DNA of 64,000 nt from Antedon mediterranea (Eukaryota; Animalia; Echinodermata): contig NC_092674.1 of assembly GCF_964355755.1 (NCBI RefSeq), positions 28,768,001 to 28,832,000 of the forward strand, read 5' to 3'. Position numbers and translations under genes: made by a program. Shown here piece after piece: positions 12,039 to 25,334 of this stretch. Under the pieces are notes generated by a model. That model had not been told where the DNA came from. It was given only the letters and a program-made list of their open reading frames with translations, and did not search any database. Every line of letters begins with the position of its first letter. The stretch's first letter is position 1.

Positions 12039-13442
12039 TTTTATATTTCAGTTTTGATCAGTTGACTACATAGTTTAACACCTACATAGTACAATATTAA
12101 TTACAATATATATATATTGCAAAATATGTAATATAATCTCTCAAATGATTGAGCGAGTTGGAAACAGATGTATTTTCTTGTATTAAACAAGAAATAATTC
12201 TCACACCTCTGGAATTGTTGACGTTTCACTTAAAAAGAAAATGTTCTTTTTTGATAATAAATAAATAATAATAAATATCATTTTTGTCAAATTGTTATTA
12301 AAACATTCAATCTTACCGACCTACGGTCTCCTGTAACGACAAAATGTTTTCCATTTCTCCAACTAATACTGAGTTAAATGTTATATACTAATTTTAAAAT
12401 CTATTGTGTTATGATTTTAAATTGATATATTAACCTATCCCGTTTTATATTTTTGGAAAATTGCAATGTTAGAATAAAATATTTTAAAATATATGCCTTT
12501 CCCTTTTATAATATTACAACTAACTACCATCCTTACGCGGATAAAAGGGTCTGGTTTCCGGTACAGTAAATTATCCGGTATATTTTCACATTGATAATTA
12601 ATTGAATCATTAAGAACATTCATTTCATCATTGGCTTACATAATTATGCAGTCTTCATCATCTTACGATGTTGGGTAAGTTTTAAAAATTGTTAATGTAT
12701 TTCTTTCAGTTTAATTCATTCATTTCATTACATTTATGGTCAAACACCGTAAAATAATAGTACATGGTTTGGAATTATTTTCGTTTGTTCAAAGTTAAAA
12801 ATGCACATAAAAATACACAAATGAGTTAAAAAGGCTAACATTTGGTAAAATATAGATAAAAGACATCGTTTAAAATACAAAATACAACGTTTCCAAGTTT
12901 CATTGAATTGCCTCAATGCAGTAGGGAGAAACGAGTTTCTCATTCTATTGGTTTTCCATCTTGGATACACTAAACGCCCTGACTTACTAAAGACACTAAT
13001 GGTGGAGAGGGTGATACTCATCCGACATAATTATAATTAATTTAAATGTCTTACTTGTGTAATTGAATATTAATAATAAGTGTACGTATAATACATTATG
13101 TTTACCAAGAGAGAAACAATAGTTTTCGTTTCTTTGTGAAGATTAAAAATAAATACTATGGTCTGAATATCTATGTCATCAGTAAGTTGTTTAACAATTA
13201 TGTAATGAAATTTTTAAAATAAATAAATATTTTTGGTTGATTGTGGGAGATTATGACGATGTTTTTGATTGGTAGGACCGAGTTTTATATTTCAGTTTTG
13301 ATCAGTTGACTACATAGTTTAACACCTACATAGTACAATATTAATTACAATATATATATATATTGCAAAATATGTAATATAATCTCTCAACTGATTGAGC
13401 GAGTTGGAAACAGATGTATTTTCTTGTATTAAACAAGAAATA
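12039..13442 (+). repeat. ~160 bp near-identical direct repeats (12039-12196 and 13283-13442) flanking ~1.1 kb
   Basis: ttttatatttcagttttgatcagttgactacatag...aaacaagaaata occurs twice, differing by one TA unit and one substitution. Confidence 0.9.
12712..13000 (-). mobile_element. 5'-truncated LINE 3' end (CR1/L2/Rex-like)
   Basis: Minus strand encodes SKSGRLVYPRWKTNRMRNSFLPTALRQFN (RTNR-x-x-NSF-x-P motif), followed by a (TGAA)n-like tail. Confidence 0.65.
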
Positions 13443-13574
13443 TTTCATACGCTCGACTTTTTGACGTAGCCAGTTGTATTATTGTTCTTTCTTCAGAAAT
13501 AATAATTTATTATCAATATTTTTGTTTATCAATCAGTAGTTAATATTTTGTGTAAATATAGTCTGGCCTACAGA

Positions 13575-13683
13575 ACAACAAGGCCATGTAGATGGCTGTA
13601 GTCGCGTGCTCAAGTTAGTGTTTACCGACCGACCGACCGACCGACATAGTGAGCTGTAGAGTCGTGTTGCACGCGACTAAAAA
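13575..13683 (-). mobile_element. Short DINE-1/Helentron-associated-like non-autonomous element
   Basis: Subterminal inverted repeats (agtcgcgtgc / gcacgcgact), (ACCG)n microsatellite, A/T-run insertion site. Confidence 0.6.
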
Positions 13684-14089
13684 TATAATCATAAAATAAA
13701 CTAGAGTATAATGTATATATTCAAGGGTAGGGGCATTAAGGTCGTACTGACCCGGCCTACATAATACTAAGGATACAATGCAAAATTAAAAGTTCACATT
13801 TTCAAATAAATTGTATTATTTTGTATTAATATTATAATAAAAAAAAATGAAAATCTAACTTAGAAGAAATAATGAGACGATACGATGGAGGGAGAGGATG
13901 ACCAAAAGCTATATATAGAAGAGCGAAGAGCGGATGTGACGTATCTTAATACATTATTATTCTCGTTTGGAATTTACCACGAGTTTGACACTAGTTGGAA
14001 TTATAATTTCTCTATATACTATATATTACTAAGATAATATTAGTTATTAATAATATATGTCATATAAACTTATTTCATAAAATATATTA

Positions 14090-14198
14090 TTAGTGTGGAC
14101 GCGACTCTATAGTTCACTATGTCGGTCGGTCGGTCTGTCTGTCGGTCCGGTATCACCATGCGTTTTAGCACACGACTTATGGCTGTTGGCCTTGTTTT
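14090..14198 (+). mobile_element. Second DINE-1/Helentron-associated-like element, opposite orientation
   Basis: gacgcgactctatagttcactatgtcggtcggtcggtc...ggccttgttt is the reverse-complement homologue of 13575-13683. Confidence 0.6.
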
Positions 14199-14617
14199 TA
14201 TAAGAGTGGCAACTATGAAAATAATGTTTGGATTGTGATTAAAATCTTAATCAACTTATAAACCTATACATATTTTATAAATTATGAATTTACTAAAATT
14301 TGCTACTAAGATTATTTGAATAACAATATTATAAAAAGAATATAAGAAGTTTTTGAGGCAAGAAAAAACATATTATTACATCAATGTGTTTAAATCCTTA
14401 TCTGTATAAATTTAGTTATTAACAAATTTTGTATACTGTACTTGCTAAATAAGATGAAAAATATTTAATAATGAAAAAGAATTGAAAATAAAAATCACGG
14501 ATTATTGAAACAAATATTGATATTTAATTAATTTGAACGAATTATCTAGAATAATGCTATGAGATGTTGTTGGTAGAAAGAGATATCAGAGATTCGTCGT
14601 TACCTGGTAATTGAATG

Positions 14618-14971
14618 AAAGATGTATTGTCCACCTGAAAAAATAATTCTTAACAAAATTGTTGTATCACTATTCCATTTTACTGCAACATAATAGTTAA
14701 CCACTTTGACAAAAAATTGCATCAAAAAAAGAATTATTTACCTAAAAAAACTGTAATTTAAACCCCCCAAAAAATGGTCTAATTGGCTGCCAGCCAATAG
14801 GTTTTTGGTTAAATTTAACCATTTATTTTGTCATTTTATAAGTGAAAACATTATTTTTTTCGGTTTTTTTTTCTGCGGAAGTGATTAACATTATTAAAAC
14901 TACAAAATAACATATTCAAAGTCTGATTTAATTATTCTTCATTTTTATCTTTTGGGGGACAATACATCTTT
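14618..14971. mobile_element. MITE with AAAGATGTATTGTCC terminal inverted repeats (Kolobok-like)
   Basis: aaagatgtattgtcc at the left and ggacaatacatcttt at the right. The homologue at 25335-25651 is flanked by TTAA. Superfamily assignment is inference. Confidence 0.7.
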
Positions 14972-16102
14972 GAGTTATGCACACTTAACAGTTAATAAGT
15001 GTACCGTTAATGTACCGTAATATATCTGAGAGGGGTCGGCAAATATCAGATAAATAAATATGTTATTGTTACATGCCTGTGCGTAAATTACACGTAATAA
15101 AATACAAAACAAAAAAGATGCTGAAAACATCCAAACAAGAAACAAGATAAAATCGTTCTCTGATCAAATATTCATGAGATCCATCGATAACTTTTAGAAT
15201 ATTTTCCATATTGAAGTGATGTACTTTTTCGGTTTCCTTGTGCAGGCGCGGTTTCCTTAATTAATTCACGGTCGACACAATGTTACAATTGTTTTGAATT
15301 ATGACGGACAGCAGCTTAAACAGACAAATTATATGGTTTGGTTCAAAATTAACAATTGATAAGACAAACAAAACACTATTTGTTTCCTCTCCATCGCCAC
15401 CCCCTTTTAGAAAAATATACTTCATAAAACCACAAAAATAAAATATATTACGTTGTTTTTTATTCGTCAAAAAAAAAAAAAAGTAATTTATTTAATTTAA
15501 TTTGTGCAATATTATAATCGTTCTTGTGTTGGTCCAGATTTTAAATAAACATCATACTGTATTTCATGAACTTTTTAATTAATTAACTAGCATGTACCGT
15601 ACCTGATCTAATTTTACTTGTTTTGTCTCATGTGCAATACCGGTAGGTACTCTCAATTTATGAATTTTAATCACTTTTTTGCTGTGGTTGATTTTCCCGT
15701 GTTTAATTGTTTTTTTGTATAAATTGATATTTTTCTATGTTAATGTTTTGATGTTTTTCTGTACTTTTTATACTGATTTTATGTAAATGCAATACTTTCA
15801 GCTTCTGCTGCTTTTTGTATAGGCCTATATATGTTTTTTATACCGAAATAAATAAATACATAAATAGACTATGGTAACAACGAATCTGTTTACTTCTATT
15901 TTAACAATAGTACGGTACGGTAACACGTTGATTACGGTATTAATTTATAAATAAAAAGTTGCAACTTAAGATTTCTATAAAGTTTGTAATGTGTTTAGCA
16001 CACTTCGTTTTTAATTTTTAATCAATTAAATAAAAAAAATACATAAAAGTACAATTGTTAATCATATTATTTATCATCATTATTAAGTTATCATACGCTA
16101 TT

Positions 16103-16379
16103 TATTTTATAGCAGTTTAGCGTGGATTCTATATTTAAAACTTTTATATATGCGAACAGGATCTTATTGAAATCAAGATTTAACATCGAATTTGTTTTTA
16201 AATAAGAAAGGAAATTTATTAGGAAGAATAATAAAAAAAATATATTTTATAGCAGTTTAGCGTAAATTCTATATTTAAAACTTTTATATATGCGAACAGG
16301 ATCTTATTGAAATCAAGATTTAACATCGAATTTGTTTTTAAATAAGAAAGGAAGTTTATTAAGAAGAATTATAAAAAAA
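16103..16379 (+). repeat. 140-bp tandem duplication
   Basis: tattttatagcagtttagcg...aagaa-x-ataaaaaaa repeated with period 140 and few mismatches. Confidence 0.9.
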
Positions 16380-17027
16380 TAAATTGCCGTACACAATCAG
16401 AAATACAAAATGATCAAATACTACAAAATTTCCCAAATATTATTAATTTATTTGTAAACTAATTTTAGTTGTAAGTCGCTGTGTCGATTTACTTTTTTTA
16501 TGGGAATGAAATATAAGAATGAATCGAATGATAACAATTTAAATGTTAAGAATAACAAATATTTAATACTTCTAATTAACAATAATAAATAACAACAAAT
16601 AATAATTTATTAGGAAATGACACCTTTGCATCGGTGGCACACACAGAAGTGGTGCATCCAATTTAACATAATCAGGGAATAATTTCGCCAGTGTAGCATA
16701 GCAAAAAGCTATACAAAACAACCTTATTGCTATACATTTCTAAAATTGCTTAGCAAAAAATACAATAGAAAACTATGTTTCTTGACTCAAAAATCAGTTT
16801 AATTAGCAATAATGCTAAACAAAATTTTAAAATGAAATTTTTCTCTGATAATACATCAAAACAATACATTATATGACAGATACAGGTTCTTAAACTATTT
16901 GCAAAAATATAAAAGAAAAATCATTATCAACATGGTAATACAGGTACTGTATTAAATTGTCCTACAGTATCATAGGTTTAAGTTGATAATTTAAAAAGGT
17001 ATATAAAAATAAACATAAAATATAGTA

Positions 17028-17351
17028 GAGTGAGTGAGTGGCCGAGCGGTTAAGACAGTGGAACCGTAATTACGTAGCCATAACATCGGCAGGGGTTCGA
17101 GGCTCACTCACTCCATGGTTCTGGTGGTAGAACGAGTCTTCTCGGATAAGGACTATAAACCGTAGGTCCAGTGTACACATCTAGCTCGTGTGCACTTTAA
17201 AGAACCTAGTACATCTTTCGAGACGAGTAGGGGGTTACCCCGGTGTATTAGTACATCACAGCCACTGATCACCAACTGGGCCGTCTGGGAGACCAGTCTT
17301 TGACTGAAGAGGTCGCCCAGTATAAATATATATTTCAATTCAATTCAATTC
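17028..17351 (+). mobile_element. Full-length tRNA-derived SINE with Deu/Nin-like core and (TTCAA)n tail
   Basis: A box tggccgagcgg and B box ggttcgaggct. Core cggataaggactataaaccgtaggtcc...gcactttaaagaacc...gagtagggggttaccccggtgt resembles the DeuSINE central domain (from recall). Tail (ttcaa)n; atagta on both flanks is a possible TSD. Confidence 0.8.
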
Positions 17352-18538
17352 ATAGTAAAGAGTTTACATTACAAACCATTGTGTTTCAACATCAGGTACT
17401 GAAGACCTATAGTGGTTAACACAGTTGTTGTCACAACAGTATTAGGAAGTTACAACATTTTCTGGATCTAGAGAACCCAATGGAAACAAGGTTTTTTCTT
17501 AAAACTTATTTTCGGGTATCCTCAGTTCATTCGGTTAATATTGTTTAAAAAATAAAATGAAGTAACAAATAACATAATAATCGGTAATCGTGATTAATGT
17601 TATTTAAAGTTCAAAGCAAGCCGCAATATAATCCACCTGTACTTTTAAATCCTGTTTGTTTTTATGATTCATTTGATTCATAATTGATTTGTCATGATTT
17701 GTAACGAAATTTGTTAATTTAACTATACACTGCGTGTAAGTATATTTCGTTGTAAAACTTTCGTTAAAAAACAAGCAAATCTTTCAATTTTAGTTTCAAT
17801 TTATAGATAGCGCCATCTTTATGACAAGCGAGGGACAGACGCCATAAACATTCCGATTTCACATTAGGATTAATTTAATGATAGAAAATATTTATGTACT
17901 TTTAAAGGAATTAGTTAAGTAGAAATAGGCCTAATTAATACAAAAACAAAAGAAAATAATGTACCAATTAACATAAAATTATCAGTCCTATTTAATATTG
18001 GACTTAAAATAGATGCAAAAAAAAATTAAGGAAAAGAATTAAATACCGGGGTCTCATAAGGTTACATTTATTTGCTTATAATAATCAAATTGATTCTTTT
18101 AATCCTTTTGCGATGGACAGATGGAGACTACGATAACAAAATAAAGCCATTTTGGCGCTCCCTTTCCTTTGAATGCTAAGTAGCGGTGTTTAAATGAAGA
18201 ACTTCCACCTAGTGCGTACATTCTGCATCAAAGTCCGCTTTCGTTATTTCAAATCCTCCATGATATGGAGGATTATATTTATAGTCAGTTTTAATTCTAT
18301 TGTTTTTATTTTAAGACAAGCTTAAATACAAGTCTTCAGACATAACATAACCCCCCCCCCCCCTCCCTCTCTCTAGTCTCATCCTTTCTCAAGATAATAA
18401 AACAGACCCGGATGAAAACACAATATCCGTCTGGGTTTTGTTGAAATTATTATTTTTACTCAAACCATGTTTTAAAATTAAGAAACATTTTTCGATAAGT
18501 CCGGAGACAATGTAATTAAGCTTCGTAAAGGCGAATGA

Positions 18539-18705
18539 ATTGCTTATAAACCGTTTGCGAATTGCATTTAGTATTCATATTGAAACGCGTTTAAATCAAC
18601 TTGTAATTATGAATTTTAGCTGAGAACGCATTACACAACAAATAAATTGCTTATAAAGCGTTTGCGAATTGCGTTCATTATTTATATTGAAACGCGTTTT
18701 AAATC
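18539..18705 (+). repeat. ~60 bp direct repeat pair
   Basis: aattgcttataaa-x-cgtttgcgaattgc...tattgaaacgcgttt-aaatc occurs twice. Confidence 0.75.
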
Positions 18706-19794
18706 TTTAAAATGTGTACACGTTTTATTAAAGCGGTTATTTTGAGGTTCTTGCGCCACTGCAAATTCATTTTTTACAACGTGTAAATGCACTTGATTAT
18801 TGCATTGCTCTGGACACGTGTTAGTATATCCAGGCCAATCTACTTCACACCAAATAAGTACCAGTAGGTATTATAATGATAATCTAAAGTGTAAGTCTAC
18901 TCGTCAGTAGTAGAATTAAATTTACAATATCTGAATTATATATGAAATTACGCCCAACCGCCAATTATGATAAATGTGAGATGAGTTAAGCATAGTGGAT
19001 TTTTAGAACTAGAAATAAAAACAATAGATTAGCAATTTAATTGTTGGAAGAATAACAAATGAGAAAATAAAGATAATGAATAATTTTAGTTACGCTACCA
19101 CAGTGTTTTACAACACTGTACTAACCCTATTCTTATATATTGTATGTACCATATATGAAAAGAATAAATATGGGACGCCAAAGAGATAAAAGAAGCACCA
19201 CGCACTAATGCATACAATTCTACATATTGTACAAATACAAGATGTTCAAGAGAGAAAAGAAACATGGTTCCATTATTCTGATACAGTAGGCCTACAAGAA
19301 TAGGGGCTATTATGAAACACTTCCTTCAGGGCTATTTACACGTTCACACTAGAGACACAGTCACTTCACTGTCCAAAGTTTAAACAGGCAAGGTTTATAA
19401 AAGAAGAAATATGTTAATACTGTATGTATTTGTTTAAGTAAAGAACGAATGTAAAAAAGGTTATCGTCGTGCAAAAACACAGCGTCCGATCTCATCTCGT
19501 TTTTACGTGTTTTTTTGTGTGCATGCTGCATTTTTCTACGCACTTGCATGATATTGCAAATTCACAGCCGGAATCATTAAGTCTGCTTTAAAAGACAGTG
19601 TAAGTAGACAAAATCAATGTAGGATCGGACTGAGTGGCTGTATAAAATACAGATGAAGCTTCAATTGAAATATGCGTGCACGTTGCCGCGTCAAACCACA
19701 GTGGTTTCTGTGCACGCTGATGAAGTCACAACGCTTGATTTAGTGTATCGACTCTTAAATTGAGCCTCTGCTGATAAGTTATTCTTTTATTGTA

Positions 19795-19935
19795 AACTTG
19801 TCGGTGGTCGTGAGAACAGACTTTTCAGTAGTCATGCGAACTTGTCAGTGGTCCTGTGAAGGGACATGTCAGTGAGCGTGTGAACATACTTGCTAGTTGC
19901 CGTGTGAACAGACCTGTCAGTGGCCGTGTCAATAG
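19795..19935 (+). repeat. Degenerate ~24-bp minisatellite
   Basis: Units like gtgaacagacctgtcagtggccgt, ~5-6 diverged copies. Confidence 0.55.
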
Positions 19936-21557
19936 GCTTTGTCAAACGTGAGCGTGTGAACCACAGCGAAATGTAGATATGTACTTTTGTGGATTTAACC
20001 GAACAAAACGAACGCAAGCCAGACTTAATAGATGAACTGTATTAACGGTAAACCTGATACGGCTATCAGTGAAAAGGTTATAGTAATACGGCTTACATCA
20101 AATTTACTAACTGTTTCCATTGGTTGATGTTGCCTTCAGGGTGTTGACATTGCGTCTATTACTCCCCATCTCTTGGGGGAAATATCCGTTTAAATGTTTG
20201 TTCAACGAAATTATAAATTTGAAGTAACAATCTCAATTGATACGCAATCACCCAGTTTGACATCAACTCAGTTGGATTATTAGTTTAACTTTAGGTCATA
20301 AGGACAGAAAATACAGGTCAATTTGACATTGTATGAGCAATTACATACATTGTATTTGTCAAAGGCAAAGAGAAATAAGATCATTTCAACCCAAAGACCC
20401 ATAAAACGAGATTTCAACTTTTTCTTGACACCAAAAGATAATCAATAGGCCTATCTTTTCCTTAAAATGGATATGAAACAATGCTAAATTATCAACATAA
20501 ATAATTTTGTATGAACAGGCCTAAGTATTTCACAAAAGTCAACGTATTCACTTAGGTTCCTTGGCCTAAGTGTGATTGATAAATGTAACTCATATCCACC
20601 AATCAACTGAAAAGAGTACAAACACCATTTAACTTAGGTGAGATATTTCCATTATATATGCCTACTAAGTATTTCACTTAAGTCAATAGTCAATTATTTT
20701 TTAATATTTCTTTAGTTGTACTTATAAAATGCAATGTACATTGGCCAAAGTGTGACTGATATTTCACTTAAGTCAATCGATATTTTTACTTTCATAGGAG
20801 AATGTTTACATTTTAAGGGTGTTTTTCCATCAGCCTATATTTGACTGGTTTCAGTGTATCACTTTAGGGCCCTTTTTTCGTTTATTCATACCACAAACAA
20901 TCCGTCATTTATTATTAGAATTATTTAAGGCTAGCGATATGTCATGTTTATTGATACTACTAGTAGTTGTTTTTTTTTCTCGATATTTATTATATGAAAA
21001 TGTAAGTAAATAATAATATGTGCTTTACATATGGCTTACCTGGTCTAAGACTTTTGGGCGCCAGGTAGATTTTAAACTAGGAAGCAGGATTAACAGGACG
21101 ATCGTCTGACGTACGAATTGGTACTATGGTTGTTTGTTATGTCATGCAGAACGAGGAATGAACAAGTTACTTTACACGAATTGAATCTTGTCTTATATTG
21201 TTCAATAAACTGTTGTTCTTTGACCAGAAAAACGTAAAATAAGCTTATTCTTTCATGGATTGGTTAAAAAAAACTAACATCTCGATAAGTCTTAGTTCTG
21301 TTTAAATTCGTCTTTGCGGTATCAGATGTGTGTTAATGAACAAATACAATTGTTTAGATTATCAATTATCTTCATTATTTTGTTTACAGTTTTCTTAAAA
21401 TTTGAGAATATTTATTATAATAAGTAATTTTTTTTATCTTTTAGCCATTTTTGATCAGAGAATTGTGTTGTTTTCGTGTTGTTGTATAGTGCTTTTATTA
21501 ATGATGCAATGTATGACATTTCATTTCATGAATGATCATGAGAACTAATATGAGTAT

Positions 21558-21903
21558 CAGTAGAACCCCTATTGAGGGGACAACTTCGGGAGCAATTACT
21601 AAGTATTCCTAGAGGTGTCCACTAAATAGGGCTGGACTGTAATAAATAAGAAATAAACCTATTCTTTTCTGGAGAGAACGGCCATTTTTCATTCATGAAT
21701 TATCATCGTGGGAACTAATATGATGAATCATATAGGGCTACAGTAGAACCCCTATTGGGGGGACAACTACGGGAGCAAACTAAGTACTCCTAAGGGTGTC
21801 CACTAAATATGGCTGGAATGTAGTAAAAACATATTAAAACCTCAGTCGTTTAAATTAAAGTGTCCCCTTAATAGGAGCTTACCAAAAGAGGGATTTATAC
21901 TAC
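21558..21903. mobile_element. Two adjacent short Tc1/pogo-type MITE copies (cagtagaacccctatt ends)
   Basis: cagtagaaccc(c)tattg-x-ggggacaact-x-cgggagcaa at 21558 and 21740; same family as 22381-24292 and 41480-41625. Confidence 0.6.
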
Positions 21904-22380
21904 CGTTTGTTAATTCTACATCTTCACACTTGTTATCACATTTTCGTTATTTAAAAAACAATCTTTCACCTAGGCCTAAGATAACTGCAATGGCGCCGAT
22001 ATACAGTATGATCAGTATGGTTTACAAAACGTTTTCAAGTAAAACAACATTTAAATTTGTCTTTTATTTTTCTTTTTCACACATAAATAACTGAAAACAA
22101 CAAAGTGTTACCTCACAAAGTAAAACAACTCGGCGCCATTATTCATATCACTGTCTTTGTACCCAGTTTATCCCGATTCTATTATATAACCCTATCAATT
22201 TACCCTTGATTGTTTTTTTCTTCTAGACGAGTAAATATGGAACGCCAAATAATTGAAAAGATTTTAATATATTTGTTTTTATTAGTTAATAAGATACCAT
22301 CGTATTGTAAAGTGTTAGGGTACGATATGTACAATCTATTGACGTTGCATTAGTATCAGTAACACAGCTGGAAATGAATC

Positions 22381-24292
22381 CAGTAGCATCATAAGAACCT
22401 CTATTAAGGAAACACCTCGGGACAAACAAAGTGTACTTTAATAGGAGTGTCTCTCCTGAATATGGGTTGGCCGTAAGTGTTAAACAAATAGATTGACCCT
22501 TCGTTGGAAAGTATCCCCTTAATAGGGGTGTTTCCCACGAATATGGGTTGGCCGTAAGTGTTAACAAATAGATTGACCCTTTGTTGGAAAGTGTCCCCTT
22601 AATAGGGGTGTTTCCCACGAATATGGGTTGGCCGTAAGTGTTAACAAATAGATTGACCCTTCGTTGGAAAGTATCCCCCAATAGGGGTGTTTCCCCTGAA
22701 TATGGGTTGGCCGTAAGTGTTAACAAATAGATTGACCCTTCGTTGGAAAGTGTCCCCCAATAGGGGTGTTTCCCCTGAATATGGGTTGGCCGTAAGTGTT
22801 AACAAATAGATTGACCCTTCGTTGGAAAGTGTCCCCCAATAGGGGTGTTTCCCACGAATATGGGTTGGCCGTAAGTGTTAACAAATAGATTGACCCTTCG
22901 TTGGAAAGTGTCCCCTTAATAGGGGTGTTTCCCACGAATATGGGTTGGCCGTAAGTGTTAACAAATAGATTGACCCTTCGATGGAAAGTGTCCCCTTAAT
23001 AGGGGTGTTTCCCACGAATATGGGTTGGCCGTAAGTGTTAACAAATAGATTGACCCTTGGTTGGAAAGTGTCCCCTTAATAGGGGTGTTTCCCACTAATA
23101 TGGGTTGGCCGTAAGTGTTAACAAATAGATTGACCCTTCGATGGAAAGTGTCCCCTTAATAGGGGTGTTTCCCACTAATATGGGTTGGCCGTAAGTGTTA
23201 ACAAATAGATTGACCCTTCGATGGAAAGTGTCCCCTTAATAGGGGTGTTTCCCCTGAATAGGGGTTGGCCGTAAGTGTTAACAAATAGATTGACCCTTCG
23301 ATGGAAAGTGTCCCCTTAATAGGGGTGTTTCCCCTGAATAGGGGTTGGCCGTAAGTGTTAACAAATAGATTGACCCTTCGTTGGAAAGTGTCCCCCAATA
23401 GGGGTGTTTCCCCTGAATAGGGGTTGGCCGTAAGTGTTAACAAATAGATTGACCCTTCGATGGAAAGTGTCCCCTAATAGGGGTGTTTCCCCTGAATAGG
23501 GGTTGGCCGTAAGTGTTAACAAATAGATTGACCCTTCGTTGGAAAGTGTCCCCTAATAGGGGTGTTTCCCACGAATATGGGTTGGCCGTAAGTGTTAACA
23601 AATAGATTGACCCTTCGATGGAAAGTGTCCCCTTAATAGGGGTGTTTCCCACTAATATGGGTTGGCCGTAAGTGTTAACAAATAGATTGACCCTTCGATG
23701 GAAAGTGTCCCCTTAATAGGGGTGTTTCCCCTGAATAGGGGTTGGCCGTAAGTGTTAACAAATAGATTGACCCTTCGTTGGAAAGAGTCCCCCAATAGGG
23801 GTGTTTCCCCTGAATAGGGGTTGGCCGTAAGTGTTAACAAATAGATTGACCCTTCGATGGAAAGTGTCCCCTAATAGGGGTGTTTCCCCTGAATATGGGT
23901 TGGCCGTAAGTGTTAACAAATAGATTGACCCTTCGATGGAAAGTGTCCCCTTAATAGGGGTGTTTCCCACGAATATGGGTTGGCCGTAAGTGTTAACAAA
24001 TAGATTGACCCTTCGTTGGAAAGTGTCCCCTTAATAGGGGTGTTTCCCACGAATATGGGTTGGCCGTAAGTGTTAACAAATAGATTGACCCTTCGTTGGA
24101 AAGTGTCCCCTTAATAGGGGTGTTTCCCACGAATATGGGTTGGCCGTAAGTGTTAACAAATAGATTGACCCTTCGTTGGAAAGTGTCCCCTTAATAGGGG
24201 TGTTTCCCACGAATATGGGTTGGCCGTAAGTGTTAACAAATAGATTGACCCTTCGTTGGAAAGTGTTCCCTTAATAAATAGGTGTTCTACTG
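22381..24292. mobile_element. Tc1/pogo-type MITE expanded by an internal 80-bp tandem array
   Basis: Left end cagtag(catcata)agaacctctattaagg; right end ggtgttctactg followed by TA. Confidence 0.7.
22458..24275 (+). repeat. 79/80-bp tandem array, ~23 highly similar copies
   Basis: Unit gaatatgggttggccgtaagtgttaacaaatagattgacccttcgttggaaagtgtccccttaataggggtgtttcccac; no unique spacers. Confidence 0.97.
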
Positions 24293-25040
24293 TACCGATA
24301 ACATGAGCTATCATGTAAAAGAGTTATTTTTCTACATCTCACTCCTTTTAATGCATTTGAATTAATTTTTAAAATCTTTAACATAAAAGGCATGAAACTT
24401 ATTCTATACGCATATCTTCAGTACATGTTTATTTCATATTGAAATCCGTTTTCAGGGGACACTTCGTTTGGGTCCTGAAGTTGTTCTCTTAAATACTGTA
24501 ATATTAAACAAAAGAGGTACTGGTAAATTGCATCGTTTTGAAACTAGGGCATACGACATTCATGTGGTTGAGCTATCATCATTGTTTTAGGGGGTAAAAA
24601 TGACTAAGACAGAGATAGCCTCTCGTACTCTGTATAATGTTATTGGAATTTAGTTCACTTTTAAAAAGTTAGAAAATATCTTAAAATAGTAGAGTTATGG
24701 AGATTAACAGATAATCTTTTAGACCTCGTGGCAGATGCATCACCTAGAATAGTACAGCAGTGGATCATATTGAGAGATGACCTTTGACATTGTTAAGTGA
24801 TTTATTTTGTAAAACTGATAATGATGCACAAACTGTAAATCAAATAATTGGCAGCTCACAATGGGTTTTAAACCTACATGGTGACTAATGTCACTGTCTT
24901 GTTTTCAAAACTATTTTTTTTTGTATTTATTATTATTTACAAAGCTCCCAGTTAGATTCACCTCAATTTCTCATGGCATCTTTGTCCTGATCCCAACTAA
25001 ATTACAAACTTCCCAATTAATTATGATTAGCATCTCACTT

Positions 25041-25276
25041 AAGCTTGGTTTCCACTAGGGACGCAACGTAACGCAATCTACGCAACGTAAGAAAATGCCC
25101 TTCCAATAATTGTGTTTTCTTCCCCCCCCCCCCCCCCCGTCTGCGTGACATCAAACCTGCGATGTTTGCAGCATGCGCTATTGCGTCGTCGGTTCCCACT
25201 TGTGATTACATACAGCACTTTGTGTCAATACGTCGCTGCGTTGCCGCGCGTTACGTTGCTAGTAGGAACCACGCTT
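25041..25276. mobile_element. PIF/Harbinger-like MITE, family H1
   Basis: TIR aagcttggtttccactag ... ctagtaggaaccacgctt in TAA/TTA context; internal acgcaacg repeats. Confidence 0.75.
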
Positions 25277-25334
25277 AAGAATTTTCAACCTCTCAGTTAT
25301 GATACTTTTTATGTAAATTTGTAATATTCCTTAC

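Noticed and set aside
17028-17115. Functional tRNA gene
   Set aside because: Anticodon and T arms do not pair canonically, and it continues into a SINE body and tail with no Pol III terminator
22458-24275. CRISPR-like array
   Set aside because: Units are fully repeated with no unique spacers, there are no cas genes, and the context is eukaryotic
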